Shown: positions 47,791 to 62,040, numbered from the whole stretch's first letter. The stretch: 63,676 bases of DNA, filler included, from Octopus bimaculoides (GCF_001194135.2; 4 parts of 4 records of this genome joined end to end with filler, not necessarily neighbours in it); one strand, 5' to 3'. Numbers and translations: made by a program. Notes: a model not told the origin generated them from the sequence alone.

Positions 47791-49669
47791 AAATGGTTTC
47801 TTTCTTTTCTCATCCAAATTTCATATCTCTCATTGCTTGTCTTAGTGATTTCTCAATCTCGTTTCATTGGCTGATTCACCTCCTCCACTTTTGTTCTTTC
47901 ATAAATTTATATTCTCAGTTTGACACATGAAATTACTTGCAAGTGTTTCTGAATTACATTTTGTTTATAATTACATTAATTATAATTTAAACTTGAAATG
48001 TAAATTTAATTGGAGAATTAATAATCTAAAATTAAATGCTGAATGTTTATTGAACATTTCAATAAAACGTGGATGTAAACATTATGGTCATGTGAAAGAG
48101 AATATTTCTATACTCAATACTTAATGAATTCTTATCACTACTCAGTTTTGTAATTCTCTTTCAAGTGTATTATATGTGCACTGTATCTACATCTTATCTA
48201 TAGACTGGTATTATGTTGAAATTGCTGTCATCATTTTGGAATTTGTTGCAAAAAATCTCAGTAGACATATAATAGTATTCTCACTTTTTTTTATACCAAA
48301 GCACTTGAGACCTCTCCTGGGTGCATAATACCAACTTCCTGTTTTAAAGTGGACTAAATTTAAACCTTCTGTTGAAATTTCATGTTAAATTATGTTCCTA
48401 ACACCAGATTATTATGTTCCAAAATGATAGTGCCAAATGTTGGCACAAGACTAGTAGTGTTAGGGGAGGGAGTTAGTCAATTACACTGACCCTAGTAATT
48501 GACTGGCACTTTCTTCTTTGACCCCCGAAAGGTTGAAAGCAAAGTCAGCCTTGGCAGATTTATGTTGCAAAATAATGACAATTATTTTACTAAACCCTTC
48601 ATTATTTTAAAATTTAACTGAATCACAGGAGTGTATTTCAGTAGTAATATGGTAATGAAAGGATTAAACACATTCATCAGTTTTATTTTTAATTTGGATT
48701 TGAATCATCTGCTGTACCTTTGCATTCAATTTTATTCAATTTAACCAAATTCATGTTACTAGATATACTTACCTGTTGTATTTCTACTCGTTGCATTTTA
48801 CCATTCCAGTATAACAGTTGTATTTTATTAGTTGCATGACCCACCAGTATGCCTTCCATACAGCAAACCTAGCAGGTATCTGATCTTTGTTATTCATCAA
48901 TGGTCCCTCAGCAAATCCTGTAGTTGTTTCTGATATGAGAACCTTCTAGTTAAGTTGCTCTCCCGTGAGCTACATCCATCCCTTGTCTCTTGGTCTTGAA
49001 ACATCCAGTCAGATTGCAACATCATAGCATACACTGACAGACCCAAGCTTCTCTTTAACTTTTACTCTGACAAATCTAGAGCACTCCAAGATTTGGTTAT
49101 GTGGTCCACATTTGTACATTAATGACTTGTTTACTGCCTCCTGTAATATCATCCACTGCTATGCATGTGATACTGTTTCTCATCCCTTCTTATACTTCTG
49201 CACACCCAAACACTGGCTATGTGCAACCTAAATATCTCATAACAAACCTCCATGATAAACAGAGACTTCAAAAACACTTTCCAATGAGGACTTGACTGTT
49301 TAGTCTCAAGCATTAGTACAAAAGACACAGTTACTGCACATAATAAAGAACCAATCTTGTACTTTATTTTCTCTAGTCTTGGACAATACCCAATTAAAAC
49401 CTTCTCCATTACTATAAAGTCAAGACCTCACAATCTCTAATGATCTCTCTTAGTGACCTTATATACATAGTATAGTTAAAACTGCATTTGAGAGACTAGC
49501 AGTTCTCTTCAAAGATAGCTGTTGACTCTCTACAAGTAATCTGCTGTTACATCACACATCACAAACATTCTAGATTTCATCTAAAAGAAGGCTGACTGAA
49601 CAGCAAAGACTTATTCAACAACACACAACAATTTTTCACCCACAAACATGCTCTCTCTCTCTCTCTCTC

Positions 49670-49900
49670 TTTCAGTGATTTCTCCAGCACAGCATCTCAC
49701 CACCTAGCGTGGTCACTTGTTATTTCTTTTATGAAGTTCAGTATTCTGAGATCAGCCTTCACAACTTTTTTCCATGTCTTCCTTGATCTCCCTCTTCAAC
49801 ATGTTCCTTCCACTTGGTGTATTTAAACCATATACATGTTACTTGTCTGCATCAACACAATCTTCTCTCTTGCACACAACAGCTGATTTTTGTTATATCT
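49670..49900 (-). mobile_element. RTE LINE 3' end remnant
   Basis: GTCRRGRSRKTWKKVVKADLRIL...DHARW motif. Confidence 0.65.
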
Positions 49901-50950
49901 AGTTTTTCTCTCAGCTCATTTGTATTCCCTCCTTTATGCTCACATTGTATATCAAGCAGAACCTGTTCAGCTCATTTTTATATCAGGCTTGGCATATGCT
50001 CTGGGTGCTATGTCCATGTTTTGCCAACAGACAAAATGCAAAAATATTGCTAACAAATATAAACCTGACATGTAATAGTCAAAATCTAGATCTTTACCTC
50101 CTAATGCACAACTGCTCAACCACAGGACTTTCAAAATATACCTGGGAATTAAGAAACCAAGGAGAAAGCACCAATTTCTTAAGGTAGTATTAGATAGGGC
50201 ACAAATATGTAAGCATTGATCAAACTGCTATGACATGTGTTATACAGAGAAACTCTACATCATCTGCCACCTTACTCAGTCTTAAATCAAGAGCGAACCA
50301 ATTTCAACTTCCTGGTAGATGTCCAAATTTTTCCTCAAGGATTCTTATTTATCTTACATAAATTAAAACATATTCAGACACACACATAGAAGCAGATAAA
50401 AATGCATGTGCGTAAATAATATCTCTGTGTGTGATGTATGTGTGTGCATCTGTGTACTACTACCCTTTTATATTATAATTAAATGAGTTTTGTATTAGAT
50501 CTGATTGAATAACCTGAATATTCATTATTGAAACTGACAGAAGATTCATTTCTGTTTATATCCTTCACACGCACGCACGCACGCACGCATGCACGCACGC
50601 ACGCACACACAGCTAAGAGAAATAACTTGAAGTAGCATGTATTTGAATAACATAGACAAATACTGTTATGTTAAATACCATTACGAAAAAGTTCTTGATT
50701 TCTTAAGAAGTCATCTCTGCCTCTAGAGGATGCATCATATTTATCAAATGACAATTACAACCAGCCCCACTTGAGAAAAGTTCAAGAATTTCTCCCAAAC
50801 TGACATGCCATTAAGGAAATGGATGGGCTTATTGTCTGGAGATTAGAGGATAGTCCTGGACATGTGTTTCTGCCTCAATAGCTTTCATGAGTATAACAAT
50901 TGTCCTACTTCATTTCCAGTGGCCAAAGGATTTAAACTTATACAAACATA

Positions 50951-51350
50951 GGCGCAGGAGTGGCTGTAAGTAGCTTGCTTACCAACCACATGGTTCCGGG
51001 TTCAGTCCCACTGCGTGGCACCTTGGGCAAGTGTCTTCTGCTATAGCCTCGGCCCAACCAAAGCCTTGTGAGTGGATTTGGTAGACGGAAACTGAAAGAA
51101 GCCTGTCGTATATATGTATATATATATATGTATGTGTTTGTGTGTCTGTGTTTGTCCCTCCAACATCACTTGACAACCAATGATGGTGTGTTTATGACCC
51201 CGTAACTTAGCGGTTTGGCAAAAGAAACTGATAGAATAAATACTAGGCTTACAAAGTATAAGTCCTGGGGTCAATTTGCTCGACTAAAGGCAGTGCTCCA
51301 GCATGGCCGCAGTCAAATGACTGAAACAAGTAAAAGAGTAAAAGAGTAAA
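50951..51350 (+). mobile_element. Full-length SINE family A
   Basis: ggcgcaggagtggctg head through the cagcatggccgcagtcaaatgactgaaacaagtaaaagag tail. Confidence 0.88.
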
Positions 51351-52149
51351 CAGAACAGGAAACATTTATGACCTAGGCAATTTGCATAATTTTTTTTTTT
51401 AAATAAGCTAAGAGAAATAATTCAAAGTGACCAGTGGCACGTGTTTGAATACCATAGTCAAATTCCAGTATATCAAATACCATAGAACGAAAATGTTTAT
51501 TAAAACTATCTTTACCTCTAAAGGATGTATCATAATTATGAAATTGCAATTATGACCAGTTTCACTTGAGAAAGAGCAATAATTTCAAGATTCAAGAATT
51601 CCAAACAATATATGTTAAAACACACACACACACACACACACACACGTTCACACTTATATACAAAGAATTTTAAAGCAAATGATTCACTGACAGTTTCAGT
51701 AAAGATTATTCCAGTTACTTGATCAACTAAAATAACCTGCCTATGCTATTGTTGCCCAATGCAGGGCAGTCTTAGCTGGCCACTGTTTTGATACCGAATA
51801 ACAGGTCATGTCAGATATCATATGTTTTTGTTATATTCTGAAGGATGAAAACCACCCAAATACAATGATGTTATTGGCAAAGACACAAAATGAAACCAAG
51901 GACCTATCAAAGCAGACAATGGACAGAGATTTTTGATGCAACATTGTAGAATGTATCTCCGTTACAGCCACTTGGAGAATAAATTATAGTGTAAGAGGGT
52001 GAATATTACATAGGCACTTACATCCTTATTGTATTCCTACGGCAACATCAGTGTGTATAGTCCATCTGATGACTCCCACACTGCTTCTGTTAGTTTCACA
52101 AAGGGCAGAGTACATTGGTAGAGAAATACAAGGTATTGTTCTAGAAGTA

Positions 52150-52520
52150 GCGTTGGTGGTAGTGGTGGTGGTGGTGGTGGTGGAGGTGGTGGTAATAAGA
52201 GGTGATAAAAATTCTGCTTCCATGGCTAATAATTAGTTTATAATAGGTGGTAGTTGTGGAGGTGGTTGTGGTGTAGTGATGGCATGGTGGCAGTAATAGG
52301 CGATAGTGATTGTGGTTGTGGTGGTAGTGGCAGTAGATGTGGTCGTCGTTGTGGTCATCGTCGTCATTGTTGCTGTCATAGTAAGAGTGGTAGTGATTGT
52401 AGTGGTAATGGTTGTAGAGGTAGTGGTGGTGATGGCTGTGGTTGTGGTAATATTCAGTAAGTGGTAGTTTTACAGTGGTAATTTTGCAAGTAGTAGTTTG
52501 GCTATGCAGTAAACACAGCG
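52150..52520. repeat. GTG/GTA trinucleotide low-complexity tract
   Basis: Direct inspection. Confidence 0.85.
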
Positions 52521-52600
52521 TTGTTGAATATATTGCTGTGGTCAAAGCAGTGTCTCAAGTAAAGTTGTTGTTTAACCCCAGGTCAGTACTGTTTGAATAG

Positions 52601-52984
52601 TGGAGGCGCAATGGCCTAGTGGTTAGGGCAGCGGACTCGCGGTCATAGGATCGCGATTTTGACTCCCAGACCAACCGTTCTGAGTGTTTATTAAGTGAAA
52701 ACATCTAAAGCTCCACGAGGCTCCGGCAGGGGATGTTGGCAAACCCTGCTGTACTCTTTCACCACAACTTTCTCTCACTCTTACTTCCTGTTTCTGTTGT
52801 GCCTGTAATTCAAAGGGTGAGCCTTGTCACACTGTGTCACGCTGAATATCCCCGAGAACTATGTTAAGGGTACACGTGTCTGTGGAGTGCTCAGCCACTT
52901 GCACGTTAATTTCACGAGCAGGCTGTTCCGTTGATCGGATCAACTGGAACCCTCGATGTCGTAAGCGACGGAGTGCCAACAACA
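52601..52984 (+). mobile_element. Full-length SINE family B, 16-bp TSD
   Basis: agtactgtttgaatag at 52585-52600 and 52985-53000. Confidence 0.95.
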
Positions 52985-53094
52985 AGTACTGTTTGAATAG
53001 ATCTATAATCAAAAGCAACAAGCTTATTCCAGTTGTGGGGTATCCCATATTTTCGTTTTTTCATGCATATGTTTAGTGCTACATTATGTTGCTG

Positions 53095-53378
53095 TTTGTT
53101 CCTTCTCGAGCCATGCCTGGCTCAGAAGGGTCGGTTTCCTAGTTTCATTGGCGTATAGGTTACCCACCTGGACGGGATGCCAGTTCATCGCAGGTGAGCT
53201 GCTAGATGCAGGAGGAAAGAGTGAGAGAAAGGTGTGTTGAAAGAGTCAGCAGAAGTTCGCCATTACCTTCTGCTGAAACTGTGTGGAGCTTAGGTTTTTC
53301 GCTCAAGAAAACACACACATCGCCCGGTCTGAGATTCAAACCTGCGATCCCTTGACCGCTAGTCCACTGCTCTAACAA
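53095..53378 (-). mobile_element. SINE family E-like copy sharing segments with family B
   Basis: tRNA-like head at about 53320-53378; cttgagcgaaaaacctaagctccac segment resembles family B. Confidence 0.6.
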
Positions 53379-53534
53379 GTAACTTAGCGGTTTGCCAAAA
53401 GAGACCGATAGAATAAGTACTAGGCTTACAAAGAATAAGTCCTGGGCTCGATTTGCTTGACTAAAGGCAGTGCTCCAGCATGGCTGCAGTCAAATGACTG
53501 AAACGAGTAAAAGAGCATATAATGCTTTTACTTC

Positions 53535-53760
53535 TACTCACCAGCACTCTATACTCCTTTTACTCTATACTTCTTTTACTCTATACTCCTTTTACTCTTT
53601 ACTCCTTTTACTCTTTACTCCTTTTACTCTTTACTCCTTTTACTCTATATACTCCTTTTACTCTATACTCCTTTTACTCTATATACTCCTTTTACTTTAT
53701 ATACTCCTTTTACTCTATACTCCTCTTACTCTATACTCCTCTATATCAGCACTCTATACT
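53535..53760. repeat. About 16-bp minisatellite (ctctatactcctttta)
   Basis: About a dozen degenerate contiguous units. Confidence 0.88.
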
Positions 53761-54139
53761 CCTATTACTGTTGCTATTGTCGCTGATGCTACCATCTCTA
53801 CCACACCATTACCAATGTGCCCTTCCCTCACTACTAACACCATTAACACCAGGTATAAAACCTTTTGGCACAACTGTTTGACGCCACTGATTCGATGCTG
53901 ACTTATTTGACATCAGACAATTTAATGTTTCTCTTGTTCTCTCTCCCACCCTCTCTCTCACTCTCTGACACACACACTCCCTCTCTCTTTCATTTTCCTT
54001 TCATTTCTCTTCTTCTCTCTCTCTTTCCCTCTTTCTGCCCCTTTCCCTCCTTTTCTCTTTCTCTCTCTTTGTTTATGTATGTGAGCATATTTCTCTTTAT
54101 GCACATGAGGAGAGGGTAAGTGCTTATGTCAACCATTTT

Positions 54140-54187
54140 CAATGAATAAATCATTATGTCTCTCTCTCTGTCTATCTATGTCTCTGC

Positions 54188-54233
<46 letters not shown>

Positions 54234-54312
54234 CTTTCTCTCTCTCTCTTTCTGTCTGTCTCTTTCTCTGTCTATCTCTGTTTATCTGTCTCTCTCTCAC
54301 CCTATCTATCTA

Positions 54313-54343
<31 letters not shown>

Positions 54344-54395
54344 ATCTATCTATCTATCTATCTATCTATCCATCCATCACTCTCTCTCTCTCTGT

Positions 54396-54429
<34 letters not shown>

Positions 54430-54468
54430 CTATTTATCTCTATCTCTCCCTCTATCTGTCTGTCTGGT

Positions 54469-54513
<45 letters not shown>

Positions 54514-56911
54514 CTATCTCCCCTTTCTTTCTCACTCTGAATGTATATATTTCTGTTTGCACATGCATGCATGTATGTCTTGTCTCCAGTAACTAAACTA
54601 CTCTCACCAAAACAAACTCTATCCTCCCCCTCCAAACAGCCACACCCAATTGTTTTGTTCCCCTACCACTATTTCCCCAGCCATTACAAAAGAGGCCACC
54701 ACCACTCTCTCCCTTTTGTGATTGTTTCCACTCTAATCATTATTTGCTACTGATATCACTCCCACCACCACTATTGTTTTTACTCCCACTGCTACTATCA
54801 TTAAGCCCCCCCCACACACACACACCTCAATTACCATGTTGCTCATGCCACTATCCCCACTGTCATCACCAATTACCACTGTTGCTAGAGCCACCCCCTC
54901 CCTATGGTTGTCACTACTACCATCACCACTGCTACCACCACAACTGCCACCATCACTATCACCACTACTACCNNNNNNNNNNNNNNNNNNNNNNNNNNNN
55001 NNNNNNNNNNNNNNNNNNNNNNNNNNNNNNNNNNNNNNNNNNNNNNNNNNNNNNNNNNNNNNNNNNNNNNNNNNNNNNNNNNNNNNNNNNNNNNNNNNNN
55101 NNNNNNNNNNNNNNNNNNNNNNNNNNNNNNNNNNNNNNNNNNNNNNNNNNNNNNNNNNNNNNNNNNNNNNNNNNNNNNNNNNNNNNNNNNNNNNNNNNNN
55201 NNNNNNNNNNNNNNNNNNNNNNNNNNNNNNNNNNNNNNNNNNNNNNNNNNNNNNNNNNNNNNNNNNNNNNNNNNNNNNNNNNNNNNNNNNNNNNNNNNNN
55301 NNNNNNNNNNNNNNNNNNNNNNNNNNNNNNNNNNNNNNNNNNNNNNNNNNNNNNNNNNNNNNNNNNNNNNNNNNNNNNNNNNNNNNNNNNNNNNNNNNNN
55401 NNNNNNNNNNNNNNNNNNNNNNNNNNNNNNNNNNNNNNNNNNNNNNNNNNNNNNNNNNNNNNNNNNNNNNNNNNNNNNNNNNNNNNNNNNNNNNNNNNNN
55501 NNNNNNNNNNNNNNNNNNNNNNNNNNNNNNNNNNNNNNNACACCACTACCAACACCAACAACAGCAACATTACCACTACTACCACCATGAGCATCACCAT
55601 TGCTATCACCCTATCACCATCACAGCTACTATTACCACCGTTGCTACCCCACTACCACCACCACCACCACCACCACCACTGCCACTAATACCATCTTTCC
55701 CCACCTGCTCCTTCCTATAGACCCAGCAAGTGCACAGAATGACCCAGCTGTTCCTTCCCACCACCGATATATCCCTATCAGTTATCATCCCTCCACCAGC
55801 ACAAACCCTTCCCTTCTGTCCTGGTATGTTATTAACCACAATATGAACTACAACTTGATAGTTCCCTAAGGAGATTAGGGGCTGGGGAATTTCTTTGGGT
55901 ATTCCTTTCTTCCTTCACTACCATTTTTCCTCCTTTCCCTCCTCCTCCTCCCCATCCACTCCTCTATTTTCTCCTCCCCTTCATCCTCGTCCCCCTCTCC
56001 ATCCTCTCTGTACCCTCCCATCCTGTTCCTCCCCTACTCCTACTCCTCTTCGCCCATCCTCCTCTTCCTTCTTCCCTCTCCCTTCTCCTCTTCTCTCCTC
56101 TCATCTCCTCTCCTCTTCCTTCTCCTCTCCTCTCCCTTTTCCTCTCCTCTCCCTTTTCCTCTCCTCTCCCTTCTCCTCTCCTCTCCCTTCTCCTCTCCCT
56201 TCTCCTCTCCTCTCCCTTCTCCTCTCCCTTCTCCTCTCCTCTCCTCTCCTCTCCTNNNNNNNNNNNNNNNNNNNNNNNNNNNNNNNNNNNNNNNNNNNNN
56301 NNNNNNNNNNNNNNCTCCTCCTCCTCCTCCTCCTCCCCCAACCTCCTCTTTCTCCCCCCTCTCCCTCTCCCTCCTCCTCTTCCCCACTCCCACACTCCTC
56401 CCCTCTGAAAGAAGCCCATCATATATGTGTCTTCCTGTATATGTTTGTCCTCCACCACCACTTGGCAAGTGATGTTGGTTTGTTTACGTCCCTGTAGCTT
56501 CGCGGTTCAGCAAAAGACACCAATAGAATAAGTACCAGACTTTAGAAAGAAGTCGTAAATACTGAGGCTGTTAACTTCAAATAAAAATTCTTCAAGTTGG
56601 TGCCCCAGCATGGCCACAGTCTAATGACTGAAACAGGAACCAGCACTGAATTAACCATTAGGCAAAGTAAGCATGTGTTGCTAGAGCCACCCCCTCCCTA
56701 TGGCTGTCACTACTACCATCACCACTGCTACCACCACCAACAACAACAAAAACAATACCATCACCATTGCTACCACCGCCAGCATCATCATCATCACTAC
56801 CACCACCACCACCACCACCACCACCATCACCAACAGCAACAACACCTTCACCACTGCTACCACCATCACCACAACCACCACCACCACCATCACCACCACC
56901 ACCATCACCAC
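54140..56911. repeat. Low-complexity field (TC/TCTA, CAC/ACC, CTC/CCTCT) with gaps and a SINE A remnant at about 56405-56640
   Basis: Direct inspection. Confidence 0.85.
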
Positions 56912-57524
56912 NNNNNNNNNNNNNNNNNNNNNNNNNNNNNNNNNNNNNNNNNNNNNNNNNNNNNNNNNNNNNNNNNNNNNNNNNNNNNNNNNNNNNNNNN
57001 NNNNNNNNNNNNNNNNNNNNNNNNNNNNNNNNNNNNNNNNNNNNNNNNNNNNNNNNNNNNNNNNNNNNNNNNNNNNNNNNNNNNNNNNNNNNNNNNNNNN
57101 NNNNNNNNNNNNNNNNNNNNNNNNNNNNNNNNNNNNNNNNNNNNNNNNNNNNNNNNNNNNNNNNNNNNNNNNNNNNNNNNNNNNNNNNNNNNNNNNNNNN
57201 NNNNNNNNNNNNNNNNNNNNNNNNNNNNNNNNNNNNNNNNNNNNNNNNNNNNNNNNNNNNNNNNNNNNNNNNNNNNNNNNNNNNNNNNNNNNNNNNNNNN
57301 NNNNNNNNNNNNNNNNNNNNNNNNNNNNNNNNNNNNNNNNGTTTTGTTTCATTTTGAAGAATGAAAATTTATTTTATGGCTTATAATTGTTTATATTTTG
57401 AATTTTATGGAGGCACCAAAATCCTTTAAGGGCTTAGGGCCTCTATGGTTCTTTATCTGGCCCAATTGTAGTGATTGCAAATAAATGCCCAATCGTACTC
57501 CTTCTTGTTGACTCTAACTTTTTC

Positions 57525-57890
57525 AATCCCATGTCGGTGGCACATAAAAAGCATCATTTGAGCGCAATCGTTTCCAGCTTCGCGTTACTGGCACTTGTGC
57601 TGGTGGCATGTGAACAAAATATTGGCTGACTCCTGTGCAGGTGGCACATAAAAAACACCATTTGAGCATGACTGTTGCCAGTACCGCTGGACTGGCCCTC
57701 GTGCCAGTAGCATGTAAAAAGCACCCGCTACACTCTTGGAGTGGTTGGCGTTAGGAAGGGCATCCAGCTGTAGAAACTCTGCCAGATCAGATTGGAGTCT
57801 GGTGTAGCCATCTGCTTCGCCAATCCCCAGTCAAATCGTCCAACTCATGCTAGCATGGAAAGCAAACGTTAAATAATGATGATGATGATA
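57525..57890 (+). mobile_element. SINE family C with internal modules
   Basis: ggttggcgttaggaagggcatccagctgtagaaactctgcc...gatgatgatg. Confidence 0.85.
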
Positions 57891-59183
57891 AAACTATATA
57901 AATACAGGGTAAAAATTAAATAAATAATTTATACCAGTGGTTAGCATGTGTAAGAAAGTCAGAAAACATAACATTTTTATAATATAATAGTGTATAAGAA
58001 TTTATACACGGAGAGGAGACCACTATGTGAACCCCTTAAATGCTAGAGAGGGCAGTCAAAACCCAAATCAAGAAAAAAACATTCTTACTTATTGCATGTT
58101 ACTTGTAAGCGAGCAGAATACTTGAATGAATAAAAATCTCAGTTAACGGTATACCCATGAGTTTCACCATTAATAATCAGATAAATCAATTAATTAGTTG
58201 ATTAATTGGTTAATTAACTATGTGTGGCTCGTTAGTAGAGTCACTGGAAAATGCATAATTATGAAACTACAATACGTACCAAAAACATAAAGTAAACACA
58301 TGCGCATTTAGTTCCATCTATATACATCAAGGATTCAAATCGAATGCCCTCAACCAATGCGCAAAATCAGAGTAATACATCAGTGAATGAATTCAACCGT
58401 GTATTATCTATCGAAGAATTTAAATATTTAACTATATAAATACAGGGTAAAAATGATTTATTCCAGTGGTTAGAATGCGTATATATAAATATATATTTAT
58501 AGCAATAAGAAAATGGAGGGGGAACAGGTGGTATTCATCAACTTGCAGACATTGTATGGTGTCAATTTACTTGTTAATTTGTTTACTAAAAGGACAATAA
58601 TAACAATATACAAATACATGTGACATATTATGTCATATCAGTAATTAAAAAATGACATATAGTAACATCCCATTCTCTGATGGACATGTACATCCTTCAT
58701 CAGTTACTGACCAAAAATCCTCACAACTTTATCCCATTATCCATATACACACACACATATTATATATATATATATTTAAATATATATCGGTGTGTGTGTT
58801 CCCAACTTTGACCCTCCATAAATCCTGAATTTTATTTTAGAATTTATGGAAGCAACTGTCTTTGAAGATTCATATTGTTATTGAATGCTCGAAATGAGGA
58901 GTAGACAGACAGCCAACAACTGATGAAGGGTCCTTTCTCTGTGTTTACTTGTCCTGTTTCCCTTTTTTCTCGTTTATGTATTTCATGTTATTTGCAACAT
59001 TGGTGACGTCTTGTACCCACATATGCATGTATATATACATANNNNNNNNNNNNNNNNNNNNNNNNNNNNNNNNNNNNNNNNNNNNTTAATTAATTAANNN
59101 NNNNNNNNNNNNNNNNNNNNNNNNNNNNNNNNNNNNNNNNNATATATATATATATGTATATATATATATATGCATATGTATAT

Positions 59184-59223
<40 letters not shown>

Positions 59224-60736
59224 GGAGAGAGGGAGAGGAAAATGAGAAAGAGAGAGGTATGCATATAATGACATATATGTAATAATGGATACATAGAGAA
59301 ATTGATGAATAAATAGATAGATGAGTAGGTATACTGGTCTATAGGTAGATATGTATATAGTACGGTGAGAATGAAAAGAACAGAGAAAGACAGAGGAAAA
59401 CAAATAGAAGCGTATACACAAAGACGTGTATATGCGGCATTTATGCCTTCGTGTGAGCGTGTATGCGTGTGTGCGTAACATATATGATGTATTCATTTGT
59501 ATGTGTATACATACAAAAACATACACATTCATACACGCATAAATACATACACAACACATATTGCAAAATGAGAACGAGCCGCCATATTGTATTAAGGTGA
59601 GGGAGAGAATTGGAAATCTTCATTTTTTTTACATTGAATGGTATATTGGGATTTTTTCTCAATATTGAATATATATATATATAAGTATATATATATNNNN
59701 NNNNNNNNNNNNNNNNNNNNNNNNNNNNNNNNNNNNNNNNNNNNNNNNNNNNNNNNNNNNNNNNNNNNNNNNNNNNNNNNNNNNNNNNNNNNNNNNNNNN
59801 NNNNNNNNNNNNNNNNNNNNNNNNNNNNNNNNNNNNNNNNNNNNNNNNNNNNNNNNNNNNNNNNNNNNNNNNNNNNNNNNNNNNNNNNNNNNNNNNNNNN
59901 NNNNNNNNNNNNNNNNNNNNNNNNNNNNNNNNNNNNNNNNNNNNNNNNNNNNNNNNNNNNNNNNNNNNNNNNNNNNNNNNNNNNNNNNNNNNNNNNNNTA
60001 TATATATATATATATATATAAGCATGTATGTCTGTGTGTATGTGTCCGTGTATGCATACATGTGTATATGTGTATGTATTTATTGCTGAAATATTTTGTA
60101 TTGGAAGCCGTTCTGTTGTTTGTTTCACATTTACGATTTATTTTTCTACGCCATTTGCATTTTTATGTTACATAATGTCTATCTTATAAAAAAAAATTGC
60201 GACTTGAATGAATCATTTTTTTTCCTTCTCACGTTTACTGACAGCATTCTTGAGGTTGCCACGATTTTGAAATGTGTACTGCCACGCATGCGCATTTACT
60301 GACATATGTATCTAGGCAGGCAGACAGACAGACATAAAAACACAAACAGGACCCCCTCACCGATGGAGATTTGCATATAAATAAATGCAATGTGTCAACA
60401 TTATAGCTTTACTCCCGGCCCAAACACGCTCATGCCGCAACAACCACAAGGAGGAACAAACACTCACACACATAAACACGCAAAACAAAAGTACACACGA
60501 ACGTGCACACAGACAGAAAGACAGACAGACAGACAGACCTACAAACACGCTTGCACACTGACATTCGTATACACACGCACATATACACTCTCAATACATA
60601 TTGTAGATATGTACGCATACGCATATGTATATATGTATGTGTATGTGCATATATATATATATGTATGTATATATTTGTGTGTGTATATAGATATGTATGT
60701 ATATATCTTATATATATACCCAAATACATCTACATA

Positions 60737-61390
60737 CACGAGGGGGTACCCAAAAGTAACGGAAACGTTCTCTGTGGAACAAACCAGTTGTAGTTCAGGC
60801 TCCTGCCACTGGAAGCCACTCGATGCAACCCTCAGGCATCAGTCTGTCGGCTTGCGTCATCAGGTGAAGTCGTACTCTCACGTGGTGCGTCTTGATTTTG
60901 CATTGCGTTTTCGAAGCAGTGCTGGAACTCTTGCGAAGTGATGTCTTTTAACGCCTCCGTAGTTTTTGTTTCTTCACCTCTTCCACATCTGCAAATTCCA
61001 TAGCACCATCTTTCGTCACCAGTGATGACCTTCGAGAAAAGGTACGGATCAACTTCCAACTGTTCTTTCATTTCACGACACGCATTCAGTCTTGGCTGCT
61101 TTTGATCTGTGAGCAAGCGAGGCACAAATTTTGCTGCAACTCTTTTCATTCGCAATTCCACGCTCAAAATTCGTTGACAAGAGCCCCAAGATACACCAGT
61201 CATATCAACAAGTTCGTCAATTGTTCGGTGATGGCCCACCTTCATGAATTTTCGTGATGTTTTCAATCGTTCTGGAGGTCGATGGTCGTCCTGAACGAGG
61301 TTGGTCTTCAAGCGACAAGTGACCATCCTTAAAGCGTGGAAACCACTCGTAAACTTGTGTTTTGCTCATGACAGCGTTCTTGTAAGCTGT
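60737..61390 (-). mobile_element. Internally deleted mariner
   Basis: MSKTQVYEWFPRFKDG...RSGRPSTS...MKRVAAKFVPRLLT...VITGDERWCYG joined directly to the C-terminal QEFQHCFE; terminal cgagggggtacccaaaagtaacgg. Confidence 0.88.
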
Positions 61391-62002
61391 TTGAAGCATG
61401 ACAACTGTTTNNNNNNNNNNNNNNNNNNNNNNNNNNNNNNNNNNNNNNNNNNNNNNNNNNNNNNNNNNNNNNNNNNNNNNNNNNNNNNNNNNNNNNNNNN
61501 NNNNNNNNNNNNNNNNNNNNNNNNNNNNNNNNNNNNNNNNNNNNNNNNNNNNNNNNNNNNNNNNNNNNNNNNNNNNNNNNNNNNNNNNNNNNNNNNNNNN
61601 NNNNNNNNNNNNNNNNNNNNNNNNNNNNNNNNNNNNNNNNNNNNNNNNNNNNNNNNNNNNNNNNNNNNNNNNNNNNNNNNNNNNNNNNNNNNNNNNNNNN
61701 NNNNNNNNNNNNNNNNNNNNNNNNNNNNNNNNNNNNNNNNNNNNNNNNNNNNNNNNNNNNNNNNNNNNNNNNNNNNNNNNNNNNNNNNNNNNNNNNNNNN
61801 NNNNNNNNNNNNNNNNNNNNNNNNNNNNNNNNNNNNNNNNNNNNNNNNNNNNNNNNNNNNNNNNNNNNNNNNNNNNNNNNNNNNNNNNNNNNNNNNNNNN
61901 NNNNNNNNNNNNNNNNNNNNNNNNNNNNNNNNNNNNNNNNNNNNNNNNNNNNNNNNNNNNNNNNNNNNNNNNNNNNNNNNNNNNNNNNNNNNNNNNNNNN
62001 NN

Positions 62003-62034
<32 letters not shown>

Positions 62035-62040
<6 letters not shown>

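Noticed and set aside
52022-52223. Minus-strand donor GAT/gtaagt with the upstream MEAEFL ORF
   Set aside because: All frames stop before the donor and the ORF runs through a trinucleotide repeat.
52601-52680. tRNA gene calls for SINE heads (also 3272, 5624, 15425, 46256 and 50951)
   Set aside because: They continue into shared SINE bodies with TSDs and lack a complete cloverleaf.
58885-58935. CGAAA...CTGATGA as a type II hammerhead (also CTGATGA on the minus strand near 58700)
   Set aside because: Flanks do not pair as stems II and III; the second lacks GAAA.
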